Shown: piece after piece, positions 1-9,103 of the stretch
Numbering within the stretch: the stretch's first letter is position 1
Layout: each line of letters starts with the position of its first letter
IMG/VR virus record: IMGVR_UViG_3300027749_000039
Span: 64,001 to 128,000 of that record
Direction: 5' to 3' (one strand)
Source of the DNA: a virus
Length of the DNA: 64,000 bases
Notes under the pieces: generated by a model
Told to the model about the DNA's origin: nothing
Seen by the model: the letters and a program-made list of their open reading frames with translations, nothing else
Database searches by the model: none
Position numbers and translations under genes: made by a program

Positions 1-1
1 T

Positions 2-754
2 AATTCATTTAACAAACCTGCTTATTGGTTAAATGGTTCATTTTATAATGGAGATTTTCAAAATGGTATGTGGTATAATGGTATTTTTGGTTTAGACTAT
101 AATATTGTAAATAAATTTGGCTCATTGGCTTCAAATAGTCGTAATGCTATATGGCAAGGAGGTGTTTGGGCTTCGGGTAATTTCTATTCTTATGAAAATA
201 TAATTGGAGGAACGGTAAGTCCTTCAACAATTCATAAATATTCAACTTGGAAAACAGGCAATTGGAATACAGGTAATTTCTATGGTGGTATAGTATATAA
301 TACTAATTTTAATAGCGGAAATTGGTATTCAGGCATAAATAAAGACATAGAAGTAATTGGTGTAGATTTATCTACAAATCAATTAACATTAAACGGTATA
401 TTTAGATTTAATATAGGGGATTATGTTAATGTATTAAGTGATGGAACAACAACTCCTTATTACAATATAGGAAATTATAATAATCCAGGTAGATATAGTG
501 TTGCTTTAACTGAATATGATTATACAAAAAAATGGACTTATTTAACTTTGAATTATAACTTAGGTAGTCTTAGTATAACTGGAACATATTCAGCAACTGC
601 AAGCACAAATATAGATACTGGTTTAAGATTAGTAAGTAAATTTACAGCTATACCTTGGTATGGTGGTATATGGGAAAATGGTATTTATGAAAGTGGAACT
701 TTTTATGGTGGTATGTGGTATAGGGGAGTTTTTGATGGTGTATGGGGAGTTTAA
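2..754 (+). CDS. 5'-truncated W/F-x-x-G repeat protein (probable virion protein; paralog-like to 31584..38603)
   Basis: Frame is open from base 2 (NSFNKPAYWLNGSFYNGDFQNGMW...), so the gene starts upstream of the window. Repeated WxxGxFxxG units. Confidence 0.6.
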   Translation, partial: NSFNKPAYWLNGSFYNGDFQNGMWYNGIFGLDYNIVNKFGSLASNSRNAIWQGGVWASGNFYSYENIIGGTVSPSTIHKYSTWKTGNWNTGNFYGGIVYNTNFNSGNWYSGINKDIEVIGVDLSTNQLTLNGIFRFNIGDYVNVLSDGTTTPYYNIGNYNNPGRYSVALTEYDYTKKWTYLTLNYNLGSLSITGTYSATASTNIDTGLRLVSKFTAIPWYGGIWENGIYESGTFYGGMWYRGVFDGVWGV

Positions 755-777
755 TTTTAAATAATAATATATAGTAT

Positions 778-1143
778 ATGAGAAAGTTTACAATCTATTT
801 AAAAGAGGCTGAAGAAGCAAAAATTGATTCAAATCTTAAAGATGAATTAACAGAAATGATTAAAAAGTCATTAAATACTTCCGATAACAAAACCATTGAA
901 GATTTTATTTCTGCTTACAAAAAAGATTCAGAAAGAAACCAAATAGAAGGATTGATAAATGATGCTGATGTATATGATTTTTACCTTAAATATATGGACG
1001 AAATAGATAATATCTTATCTGATAATAATTATTATGATGAATCACCAAGAGAATTAAATGTATTTAGTTTATACAAATATGTGGTTATAGGCACAAAAAA
1101 AGCTGTTGATTATATAATCAACAGCTTTGGAGGTGCAGAATAA
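778..1143 (+). CDS. hypothetical protein with capsid-targeting-like N-terminus (MRKFTIYLKE)
   Basis: ORF; TATATA at 768-773, 4 nt before the ATG. Confidence 0.55.
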   Translation: MRKFTIYLKEAEEAKIDSNLKDELTEMIKKSLNTSDNKTIEDFISAYKKDSERNQIEGLINDADVYDFYLKYMDEIDNILSDNNYYDESPRELNVFSLYKYVVIGTKKAVDYIINSFGGAE

Positions 1144-1146
1144 TTT

Positions 1147-2235
1147 CTAACAGATTTTAAAACCTATTGTTGATCTTTTATTTATAACCTCTGCATTTTT
1201 GATAATATCAGCATTATAAATATCACCCAAAGTAGTTTCACCTTTCTTATACTCTTTACCAAGTTTCTCAGCTAATTTAGTTGCTTTTTCTTCTTCTAAA
1301 GCTTTAAACTCATAAGAAGATAGTAATCTACCTTTTCTTAGTAAGGCAACATCAACATTGTCTAATTTTGTATTAAACGTGCATACTATTTGGCATTTTG
1401 CTGATTGACCTATTAATCCATCACTTAAATTAAGTAAAGACGCAATTGGTGAGTTGGTATTTAATTCACGACTAGTGATAATTTTTTCAGCATCTTCTAT
1501 AATAAATATAGAATTAGTATTATCAAGAATTAATTTTAAGAATTGTGGAGAATCCATCATTGGTGCTATTGAATTAGGCACATATATTATATTTTTACTT
1601 ACTAAGTTTGTTAGTGTAGAAATATAAGAAGTTTTACCTGTTCCTGGTATACCATAAAATAGATGTATACCAGATTTTTTAGCATTTAATTCTTTAACAA
1701 TTTTTTCATGATTTTCAGCCAGATCGTCATTGTAATTTTCTTCAGAAAATTCGTATCTTTCTAATGGAATATAAGTGATACCTAACCCGTTTTGTGTTTG
1801 AACAATAACACCAATGCATTTAGCATTCGGCTCTTTTTTGAGTTTAAACGTTTTAATTTTTTCCAATAATTCCGCTGGATATACATTACCATAATTTAGC
1901 GAAAGTCCAGTAGAATCAGCATAACCATTTTCTATCCAAGTTCTTATCATTAAGTCTTCAAAAAAGAAATATTTAGATAATACATTACCCTCATGCGTAA
2001 ATACTTTAGCATCTGGGTATGTATCTATCAAATATTGGTTTATTGATTTTAAATCAAAATAGTCGGTAAATATATGTTTACCTTCTTCGTTTTTTAGTTT
2101 AATTACTTCGACATTACACATATTGCCATAATAATGATAATACATCTCATAGAGATTTTGTGTTGAGTTTTGTGAGCCCTCTAAAGTTATTGAGCCATTT
2201 ATGTTTGCGTTTGCAGGGTTTCTTCTATCTATCAT
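1147..2235 (-). CDS. AAA+ ATPase
   Basis: Walker A GIPGTGKT, Walker B IIEDAE, sensor TFN, arginine-finger region ALLRKGR. Confidence 0.85.
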   Translation of the reverse strand: MIDRRNPANANINGSITLEGSQNSTQNLYEMYYHYYGNMCNVEVIKLKNEEGKHIFTDYFDLKSINQYLIDTYPDAKVFTHEGNVLSKYFFFEDLMIRTWIENGYADSTGLSLNYGNVYPAELLEKIKTFKLKKEPNAKCIGVIVQTQNGLGITYIPLERYEFSEENYNDDLAENHEKIVKELNAKKSGIHLFYGIPGTGKTSYISTLTNLVSKNIIYVPNSIAPMMDSPQFLKLILDNTNSIFIIEDAEKIITSRELNTNSPIASLLNLSDGLIGQSAKCQIVCTFNTKLDNVDVALLRKGRLLSSYEFKALEEEKATKLAEKLGKEYKKGETTLGDIYNADIIKNAEVINKRSTIGFKIC

Positions 2236-2240
2236 AATTA

Positions 2241-2516
2241 TTATTTAAATGTTATTTTTGTACTTCCAAATCCATATAATGGATTATATTCGTTAATGCA
2301 ACTGCCAACGTGTGGATGTTGTTTTGCTATTTTATGAATAGCAGCTTTTAATACACCCGAACCTATTCCGTGTATTACGGTTATTTCAATTTCTCCTAAT
2401 GCAAGCGCCTTATCTAGTTCATATTCAAACATATCTAATTGTATTTGAAGTGAAAAGCGTGGATCATATCCGGGAGAATTAGTAATCTCAGGAGATAAAT
2501 GCAAATCTACTACCAT
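2241..2516 (-). CDS. stand-alone Smr-domain endonuclease
   Basis: N-terminal VDLH and IHGIGSGVLK motifs typical of Smr/MutS2 C-terminal domains; 91 aa. Confidence 0.85.
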   Translation of the reverse strand: MVVDLHLSPEITNSPGYDPRFSLQIQLDMFEYELDKALALGEIEITVIHGIGSGVLKAAIHKIAKQHPHVGSCINEYNPLYGFGSTKITFK

Positions 2517-3196
2517 TTCTTTTTTACGCTGTAGCCAGCTTTATTAAGCTTAGTTCGCATTTCTTCTTTTTCTTCTGGTGTAAAATTAACTTTTACCGGA
2601 AATTCCTTACTATTAGAATCAAAGAAAGTTATTTCATAATCTTCAAATGAACACTCTATACCATAGTCATCTGGTTGATATGGATGCTCCGCACCAATAC
2701 CTTTGCCTTTTTGTACATAAAAATTGGCATCTTCATCGTCTTCTTTTGAATCGTCGGTATTCATAACTTCGTATTCATCTTCGTCCTCATCCTCATCTTC
2801 TTCGTAATCTTCGTTGTCCTCATCGTCTTTTGAATCATCGTCCTCATCTTCTTCGTCATAGTTATCATCGTCCTCATCTTCTTCGTCATAGTTATCATCG
2901 TCCTCATCTTCTTCGTCCTCATCTTCTTCGTCATCGTCCCAACTATCTCCGAAAAAATCTTTATAACCGGGAACATTTTTAAATGTATCCATACCACCCA
3001 TTCCACCAACATCAAATGCTCTACAACACATCTCTAAACATTTAATGAAGTCCTCAAATGACTCATTATTTTTATCAATATATACGATATCTTCGTCATC
3101 ACCGTCAGCATCACCAATCATATAGTTTATATGAACTTTATAGCAGTTCTTATATACTGGTTGTTCTATTTCTTTTTTACCAATTTTTATTTCCAT
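2510..3196 (-). CDS. hypothetical protein with long Asp/Glu low-complexity insert
   Basis: About 70 aa of almost pure D/E between apparently globular N- and C-terminal parts. Confidence 0.7.
   Translation of the reverse strand: MEIKIGKKEIEQPVYKNCYKVHINYMIGDADGDDEDIVYIDKNNESFEDFIKCLEMCCRAFDVGGMGGMDTFKNVPGYKDFFGDSWDDDEEDEDEEDEDDDNYDEEDEDDDNYDEEDEDDDSKDDEDNEDYEEDEDEDEDEYEVMNTDDSKEDDEDANFYVQKGKGIGAEHPYQPDDYGIECSFEDYEITFFDSNSKEFPVKVNFTPEEKEEMRTKLNKAGYSVKKKW
2835..2917. repeat. 30-bp coding tandem repeat (about 2.8 copies)
   Basis: Unit tcatcgtcctcatcttcttcgtcatagtta at 2835 and 2865, partial at 2895; encodes NYDEEDEDDD on the minus strand. Confidence 0.9.
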
Positions 3197-3200
3197 AATT

Positions 3201-4754
3201 TTAGTTATTTACTTCTTCGTTATTTACTTTATATTGTTTAATTAAATCGCTATACGTTTTTACAATACCATCATTTGTTCTTACACAAATCATAGAAGCA
3301 CCTATTTTCTTTACATCATCTACACCCATAGCACCCATTAATTCTCTTACCTCATGAACTATGTTTTCATGGAAATTAAATACTCTTACACGTTTTTCTT
3401 CTGGGTCAAGTCCTCTTACTAACTTTTTATCTTGTGTAGCTATACCTACTGGGCAAGTATTGTTATTACATTCTCTCGCTTGAATACAACCAAGTGACAT
3501 CATAAATGCTCTTGCGGCATTTACGCCATCTGCACCAAGTGCTAATAGCTTTATTATATCAAAGGAAGTTGTTGCTTTACCAGAAGCGATTACTCTTATA
3601 TCCTTTCTTAGGTTGTATTTAATTAAAACCCGATTAACTTGAATAAGTGCGTCTATAAGTGGAGTTCCAACATAGTTGGTAAATACTAACGGTGCAGCAC
3701 CAGTTCCACCTTCACCACCATCTAATGTTATAAAATCAGGGTAGCAGTCTATCTCTTTCATTTTAGAAACTAATTCATCAAATTGTTCTATATCACCCAA
3801 GCATAATTTTATACCAATAGGTTTACCGCCTGACATGCATCTTAATTTATAGATGAATTGTATCATTTCAACATTATTGCTAAAAGCTGTATGATAAGGT
3901 GGACTCATTACATCGGTTCCAGGAGTTGTATTTCTTATTTTAGATATTTCAGCCGTATTTTTAGCTGCTGGTAATATACCACCGTGTCCAGGTTTGGCAC
4001 CTTGTGATAGCTTTATTTCTATCATCTTAACTTGTGGACGAATAGCATTCTTTTCAAAAATAGCATCATTAAAATAACGCTTACCGTCTTTATCAATTCC
4101 AGAGCCAAAGTATCCTGTTCCTATTTGGAAGCATATATCACCACCATATTCTAAATGGTAGGGAGATAAGCCACCTTCACCGGTATTATGATAGAAATTA
4201 CCCAATTTAGCACCACCATTTAGAGCTTTTACAGCAGCTTCGGATAGTGCACCAAATGACATTGCTGATATATTGTATATTGAGGCGCAATAAGGTTTAG
4301 AGCAGAATTTTGAACCAATTAGAAATCTTGGTTCTTTAATTGAATTGTAATCAATTGGATAGAGATTATGTTTGAGAAACTCATAACCTTTTTCATAGAC
4401 GTTTAATTGTGTACCAAATGGTACGGTGTTTGGATCTTTTTTAGATTTTTGATAAATATCGGAACGTCTTTCCCTATTAATTGGTGTTCCATTTATATTA
4501 TCTTCAATAGCGTATTGTTGTATTTTTGACCTTTCATTTTCAAAAACCCATCTGAGCCTACCAATAATTGGATAATTTCTTAAAATAGAGTGATGAGTTT
4601 GAAATACATCATGTATATAAACTATTAATCCTATACTTAGTATAGCAGTTGTTATATAAGACAGCTCTGTATGTTTAAAATAAAGGTATGTAATTGAAGA
4701 AGCTAATAATACTAATAAATAGATGAGTATTCTTTGTCTCGTTAAGTGGCTCAT
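3201..4754 (-). CDS. FMN-binding glutamate synthase family protein (YerD/GltB2-like)
   Basis: AMSFGALS, NTGEGG, EIKLSQGAKPGHGG, DGGEGGTGAAP and the Fe-S Cys cluster CIQARECNNNTCPVG; hydrophobic N-terminal segments. Confidence 0.92.
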   Translation of the reverse strand: MSHLTRQRILIYLLVLLASSITYLYFKHTELSYITTAILSIGLIVYIHDVFQTHHSILRNYPIIGRLRWVFENERSKIQQYAIEDNINGTPINRERRSDIYQKSKKDPNTVPFGTQLNVYEKGYEFLKHNLYPIDYNSIKEPRFLIGSKFCSKPYCASIYNISAMSFGALSEAAVKALNGGAKLGNFYHNTGEGGLSPYHLEYGGDICFQIGTGYFGSGIDKDGKRYFNDAIFEKNAIRPQVKMIEIKLSQGAKPGHGGILPAAKNTAEISKIRNTTPGTDVMSPPYHTAFSNNVEMIQFIYKLRCMSGGKPIGIKLCLGDIEQFDELVSKMKEIDCYPDFITLDGGEGGTGAAPLVFTNYVGTPLIDALIQVNRVLIKYNLRKDIRVIASGKATTSFDIIKLLALGADGVNAARAFMMSLGCIQARECNNNTCPVGIATQDKKLVRGLDPEEKRVRVFNFHENIVHEVRELMGAMGVDDVKKIGASMICVRTNDGIVKTYSDLIKQYKVNNEEVNN

Positions 4755-4957
4755 GATTTTCTTTTTAAAAGGTAAAAAAGATGAATTGTAATAATAGCAA
4801 CATTTGTAAATACAATAGGCATGTCATTTTTTAATGCAGCGTATGTAATCCATAATGCACATGCTATACAACTTGTTATCCTTAACTTAAAGATACTCTT
4901 AAAAGTAAAGGATAACAAGGTTATTATAGTGGCGACATATCCTAATATATCAATCAT
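4751..4957 (-). CDS. small inner-membrane protein (YgjV-like)
   Basis: 68 aa, three hydrophobic segments, GY.A...L.SF....KLRI pattern. Confidence 0.6.
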   Translation of the reverse strand: MIDILGYVATIITLLSFTFKSIFKLRITSCIACALWITYAALKNDMPIVFTNVAIITIHLFYLLKRKS

Positions 4958-5283
4958 TTAAATAATTTCATTTTGTAAAAACTATCAATATAGGCTTCTT
5001 CGGTTTCTATATTTAGAAGATTTGGATTTATGACTGAGTCACGTTTGTTATAAAAATCATAATAACCAGATTTTGTTCTTTTAGTCATTTTATTAACAGT
5101 ATTTTCATCCACTTCTTCATCTAAGATAGATAAGTAGTTGTCATAATCCAAAAGTTCATAAAACTTAGTTATTCCCAACTTTAACTTTTCGATGAACTTT
5201 TCATTTCCTTCCTTTACAAGGAAAGTTGTCCAAGTTTCACCTTCATTACCGCAGTATTCTTCTATCTCGATATATGTTTTCAT
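4954..5283 (-). CDS. hypothetical protein
   Basis: ORF overlapping neighbours by 1-4 nt in an operon-like run. Confidence 0.6.
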   Translation of the reverse strand: MKTYIEIEEYCGNEGETWTTFLVKEGNEKFIEKLKLGITKFYELLDYDNYLSILDEEVDENTVNKMTKRTKSGYYDFYNKRDSVINPNLLNIETEEAYIDSFYKMKLFK

Positions 5284-5744
5284 TATGCCAACATTTTTTT
5301 AGCGATATCTGAAATTGTTTTACCATCTGCTTTACCGATAAGCTTCTTTGAAACTAAGCCTATTACTTTACCCATTTCACGGATAGAAGTTGCACCAGTT
5401 TCGTTAATAGCTGATTTAACTTCAGCTTCGATTTCGGCTTCAGACATTTGTTTAGGTAAAAACTTTTCGATAACAGAAATCTCGAATATTTCTTTATCAG
5501 CCAATTCTTTTCTATTATTTTCATTAAAGATAGTTGCAGATTCTTGACGTTGTTTAACCATCCTCTGCAATTCTTTCATTCTAACATCTTCGGTAATTTC
5601 TTTACCAGAAGTATTTAATGTTAAAAATGCTGCTTTAATACCTCTTAAAGCACCTAATGTTTCTGCGTCTTTTGACTTCATGGCTTCCTTCATGGATTCC
5701 ATTACTTGTGTTTCTAAACTCATATAATTTGTTTTATTTACCAA
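5283..5744 (-). CDS. yqeY: GatB/YqeY domain protein
   Basis: MKEAMKSKD..LGALRGIKAA, VKQRQESATIF, FLPKQMS..E, MGKVIG, GKADGK motifs. Confidence 0.92.
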   Translation of the reverse strand: MVNKTNYMSLETQVMESMKEAMKSKDAETLGALRGIKAAFLTLNTSGKEITEDVRMKELQRMVKQRQESATIFNENNRKELADKEIFEISVIEKFLPKQMSEAEIEAEVKSAINETGATSIREMGKVIGLVSKKLIGKADGKTISDIAKKMLA

Positions 5745-6289
5745 TTAATAATTGCTACTCTAGTAGAGGTGCCAGTTCTTGAACCTTCACGAAGTTCAGT
5801 TTTAACTGATAATCCTTTGTTTTTTAACTCTTGAACTAATTCTTTACTTACATTATGTTCCGACCGAGAAGTAAATCCATCTTCTTTATCAATTTCAATT
5901 ACTTCTAATATCCTTTCTACTTCAGAATCAATTCTAGCTTTTTCTTTTACAAGACCCTCTTCCGATAGAGAAAGTGTTATATATTCATCCATTCTTATTC
6001 TACCTAGTCTATCACCTTTTTCTCCGTCATTAATTACTTCTTGACGACCTTTTACTTCTAAAATGTTTTCATCATCATTTACATGAAGCTTGTAGGTAAT
6101 TACATACTCTGGATGCCAACCATCACTTAAGTTCCTAGTAGCGCCGCCATTTGCAGCAATAGCCGCTATAATAGATTCGAATGGAACTTCGGCTCCTCTT
6201 GTGCAGCCTTCATACCAACCAACATACTCTTCTTTAAATAAATCGAATAAACCAGCTTTTTTAAGCTCTGTTATATTTTGAATTTTCAT
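5738..6289 (-). CDS. hypothetical protein
   Basis: ORF directly downstream of the promoter at 6304-6334. Confidence 0.6.
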   Translation of the reverse strand: MKIQNITELKKAGLFDLFKEEYVGWYEGCTRGAEVPFESIIAAIAANGGATRNLSDGWHPEYVITYKLHVNDDENILEVKGRQEVINDGEKGDRLGRIRMDEYITLSLSEEGLVKEKARIDSEVERILEVIEIDKEDGFTSRSEHNVSKELVQELKNKGLSVKTELREGSRTGTSTRVAIINW

Positions 6290-6303
6290 TGATTTAATTT
6301 TAG

Positions 6304-6334
6304 TAAAGATACAAAATTATTTTTAGATAGCAAA
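6304..6334 (-). promoter_or_regulatory. Bacteroidota-type sigma promoter (TTTG-N19-TATCTTTA)
   Basis: caaa 6331-6334 and taaagata 6304-6311 on the + strand, 19-nt spacer. Confidence 0.7.
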
Positions 6335-6766
6335 ATTTGTTTCTAAAAGTTGTGTTAAAGTTAAAAATCTATGAAATGATTTTTCTTTTATTTGTTCTAT
6401 GTTTAGAAAACCAGCCCAATCTACTTCTTCTATTTGAAGTTGTTCTATTGGAACAATTTCGGATGCTAAGCCAATTTCAGATAAATCATTTATTTTAACT
6501 AAATAAAGATAAACTATTTTATGTATATCTTTTTTCTTATTATAATAAATAACCTCGATTGGAGTTTCTGTATTTAAAATCATTTTTTCGGTGATAGTAA
6601 TACCTACTTCTTCTTTGGTTTCACGAATAGCAGCTTCTATAAGCTTTTCACCTTCATCAACCCCGCCTTTTGCTGGACTATATGTTCCAACCCAAGAGCC
6701 GTTAGTTGGGTGGCAGAAAAGTATTTTATTTTTATAAATTATACAAGTTCCAGCGGATATTTTCAT
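6323..6766 (-). CDS. NUDIX hydrolase
   Basis: Nudix box GGVDEGEKLIEAAIRETKEEVG. Start moved to 6766 (MKISAG) because the longer ORF runs through a promoter. Confidence 0.88.
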   Translation of the reverse strand: MKISAGTCIIYKNKILFCHPTNGSWVGTYSPAKGGVDEGEKLIEAAIRETKEEVGITITEKMILNTETPIEVIYYNKKKDIHKIVYLYLVKINDLSEIGLASEIVPIEQLQIEEVDWAGFLNIEQIKEKSFHRFLTLTQLLETNFAI

Positions 6767-6787
6767 TTTCTTTTTCTTTTTATATGA

Positions 6788-6818
6788 CAAAGATACTAAT
6801 TTTATATTGATTTTCAAA
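6788..6818 (-). promoter_or_regulatory. Bacteroidota-type promoter (TTTG-N19-TATCTTTG)
   Basis: caaagata 6788-6795, caaa 6815-6818. Confidence 0.8.
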
Positions 6819-6841
6819 ATAAATAATTATTTTTAATTTTA

Positions 6842-7744
6842 TTATATATCTTTATTTTTCCTCTTTTCTAGTATTTTTTCTCTAGAAATTACGAATTTTA
6901 ACTTTTCATTTGGATTAGTATTGCCGTAAGCTACGGTGTTATTAATTCTTTGCTCTGATAATTTTACATATTCTTCATTAATATCTATACCAATGAAGTT
7001 TCTGTTATTCATTTTAGCCATTTTTAATGTTGTTCCAGAACCACACATTGGATCAAAAACTATATCACCTTCATTACTCCAACTTAAAATATGATCCTCA
7101 GCTAATGATTCTGGAAAGGAAGCTGGATGATTATATGATAATTTATCACCACCAAATCCTTTGCCATTATTTACATACCAAACATTATATCTAGTTCCAT
7201 ATTCTCCAACAGTAAATCCTTCTTTCATTTGTTTAATTGAACCATCTTTTTGCCTACTAGATGGTGTGCCAAATGTTTTTGTACCAGCCCATTTATTCGG
7301 TTTATCTTTAATAAGATTAACTGTATTTGGGCGTTTCCCTTTTAAAAAAACAAACATATACTCAAATACTTGATCATATCTACCTGTTTCATGATATGCG
7401 GCTCCATTTTTATGGTAAATCATAGTATCATATAATTTAAATCCAATTTCGATAAACTTCAATGCTTGGCGAAATGAATCACCAGATTCCCCACCATCGA
7501 CAACTTGGTCGTTAATAACCCAAACAACTATGCCACCATCTTTAGTAATTCTAAATAATTGTTTAACTATATCAATAAAGGGGAAAGAAAAATGTTCATC
7601 ATATTTAGTTTCGTCAATGACTCCTTTATATGAGCGAAGTGTGCCGTATGGTGGTGAGGTGACTGTTAAGTCAATTGAGTTGTCGGGTAGTGTTTTCATT
7701 ACATCGACATTATTTCCGTGTATTATATTATTTAATTCATTCAT
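6842..7744 (-). CDS. orphan beta-class DNA methyltransferase (probably N4-cytosine)
   Basis: Catalytic TSPPY precedes SAM-binding DPMCGSGT; HPASFP motif; no adjacent restriction endonuclease. Confidence 0.88.
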   Translation of the reverse strand: MNELNNIIHGNNVDVMKTLPDNSIDLTVTSPPYGTLRSYKGVIDETKYDEHFSFPFIDIVKQLFRITKDGGIVVWVINDQVVDGGESGDSFRQALKFIEIGFKLYDTMIYHKNGAAYHETGRYDQVFEYMFVFLKGKRPNTVNLIKDKPNKWAGTKTFGTPSSRQKDGSIKQMKEGFTVGEYGTRYNVWYVNNGKGFGGDKLSYNHPASFPESLAEDHILSWSNEGDIVFDPMCGSGTTLKMAKMNNRNFIGIDINEEYVKLSEQRINNTVAYGNTNPNEKLKFVISREKILEKRKNKDI

Positions 7745-7766
7745 TAAAATTATATTAATGAATATA

Positions 7767-8261
7767 TTAAAGTTTTTTATACCAGAAATGAATATGTCTT
7801 ACAAAAGGGAAAGAACCTTTAACTAATTTTGTTTTAATCCCAAAAGGTCTTTCAAATAAAATCAAATCAAAATCTCCATTTCTTTTTTCAAAAAAATCAA
7901 CGAATAAATCATCAATATATCGAATAACTTCTTTTTGGTTTGTTCCTTCTTTAATCCAAATTATATTTTGTGCTACATCGGTTGGTAGCATATATGGAAA
8001 TTGATTTTCTAAAAATAAAAAATTAGAATTACCAAATTGAATTGTATTCATTAAAGTATCTTTATCTATTGAATGATACTTTTTCTGCATCTCATCTGTT
8101 TTAATAGGAACTAATTTTAAATCACGAATATCCATCTTTGCTTTAAGCAAGTCATCAAATGACTTAAAATCTTCTAGGAAAATAATAAATGGTTGTTCGT
8201 GTGTTTCTTTTTCTAAGATATATTGTGGTGTGAGTAAGTGTAATGCTATTGAATTTAACAT
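7767..8261 (-). CDS. DUF3605/GIG1-like (HIT-like) protein
   Basis: NQFPY...IIW and C-terminal RHIHFW motifs. Confidence 0.5.
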   Translation of the reverse strand: MLNSIALHLLTPQYILEKETHEQPFIIFLEDFKSFDDLLKAKMDIRDLKLVPIKTDEMQKKYHSIDKDTLMNTIQFGNSNFLFLENQFPYMLPTDVAQNIIWIKEGTNQKEVIRYIDDLFVDFFEKRNGDFDLILFERPFGIKTKLVKGSFPFVRHIHFWYKKL

Positions 8262-8262
8262 T

Positions 8263-8592
8263 TTAATTTAATTTAATGACAATAAAGTGAAAATTTTTCC
8301 AATCTCCTTTTGTTTTTCTAACATGGTAAAAAGGATCTTTGTAAGTATTATAGTAAGTATTAGCTCTTTCCATTAAGTAATCTAAAAATGATTGTGCTTC
8401 TTCTTTTGTATTCCATATTTTAACATAATCAAGATTGTCATACCAATTAATAAACTTAATTTTTTCAGTAAATCCAATAAAATTGGACTTACTATTTATT
8501 TTTAAATCGTATTCTTCATCTAGAATTTCCGATATTCTAAAATCTCTTATTTCAGCTAATCTCTCGGCTACATAAATTGCATATTTATCCAT
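8263..8592 (-). CDS. hypothetical protein (N-terminal LAEIRDFRISEILD motif)
   Basis: ORF; motif shared with other small ORFs. Confidence 0.55.
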   Translation of the reverse strand: MDKYAIYVAERLAEIRDFRISEILDEEYDLKINSKSNFIGFTEKIKFINWYDNLDYVKIWNTKEEAQSFLDYLMERANTYYNTYKDPFYHVRKTKGDWKNFHFIVIKLN

Positions 8593-8598
8593 AAAATA

Positions 8599-8643
8599 AA
8601 AACTCTATTTTTATCTTATATTCATAAGTAAAAATAGAGTTTT
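8599..8643. terminator. long AT-rich inverted repeat, probable terminator
   Basis: 15-bp arms aaaactctattttta / taaaaatagagtttt with an inner cttat/ataag stem. Confidence 0.55.
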
Positions 8644-8648
8644 GTATA

Positions 8649-8993
8649 TTAATCATTTAATATGTCGTCTATGCGTTGTTCCCGCTGTTTAGATAGTAAA
8701 TGCTTTCTAAAAATAGTATCCTTAGTTATTACTATTTCATATATTTTTTGAAACAATTCATCATATGTTTCAAAATATTCAGGCCATAAATCATCAGGTG
8801 AATTGCCAGTTTTGTCATAGATGTTAATTTCATCATACCAAATAAGACAAAATTTTTCATAATGGAAAGTTTTACCAAACCCTTTATCAGCTATAGTGAT
8901 ATAATTACCAGGGTAATTCTCTTTTAAATGCTGATAAACTATTTCTACATCAAATTTTTCCATTATTTTTAAAAAGTATTTGTGACATAACAA
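8649..8993 (-). CDS. hypothetical protein with C-terminal REQRIDDILND tail
   Basis: ORF; shared tail motif. Confidence 0.55.
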   Translation of the reverse strand: MLCHKYFLKIMEKFDVEIVYQHLKENYPGNYITIADKGFGKTFHYEKFCLIWYDEINIYDKTGNSPDDLWPEYFETYDELFQKIYEIVITKDTIFRKHLLSKQREQRIDDILND

Positions 8994-9103
8994 TTGTTAT
9001 TATAATTAAACCTAGCATCCATGCTGGGACTATGTATATTACTATTGCGAGTTGCATTAGTAATAAAATATAAAATACACTAATTAAAATATATTTTCGC
9101 ATT

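Noticed and set aside
2835-2917. CRISPR-like array
   Set aside because: The repeats are contiguous without spacers and lie in frame within an acidic coding tract.
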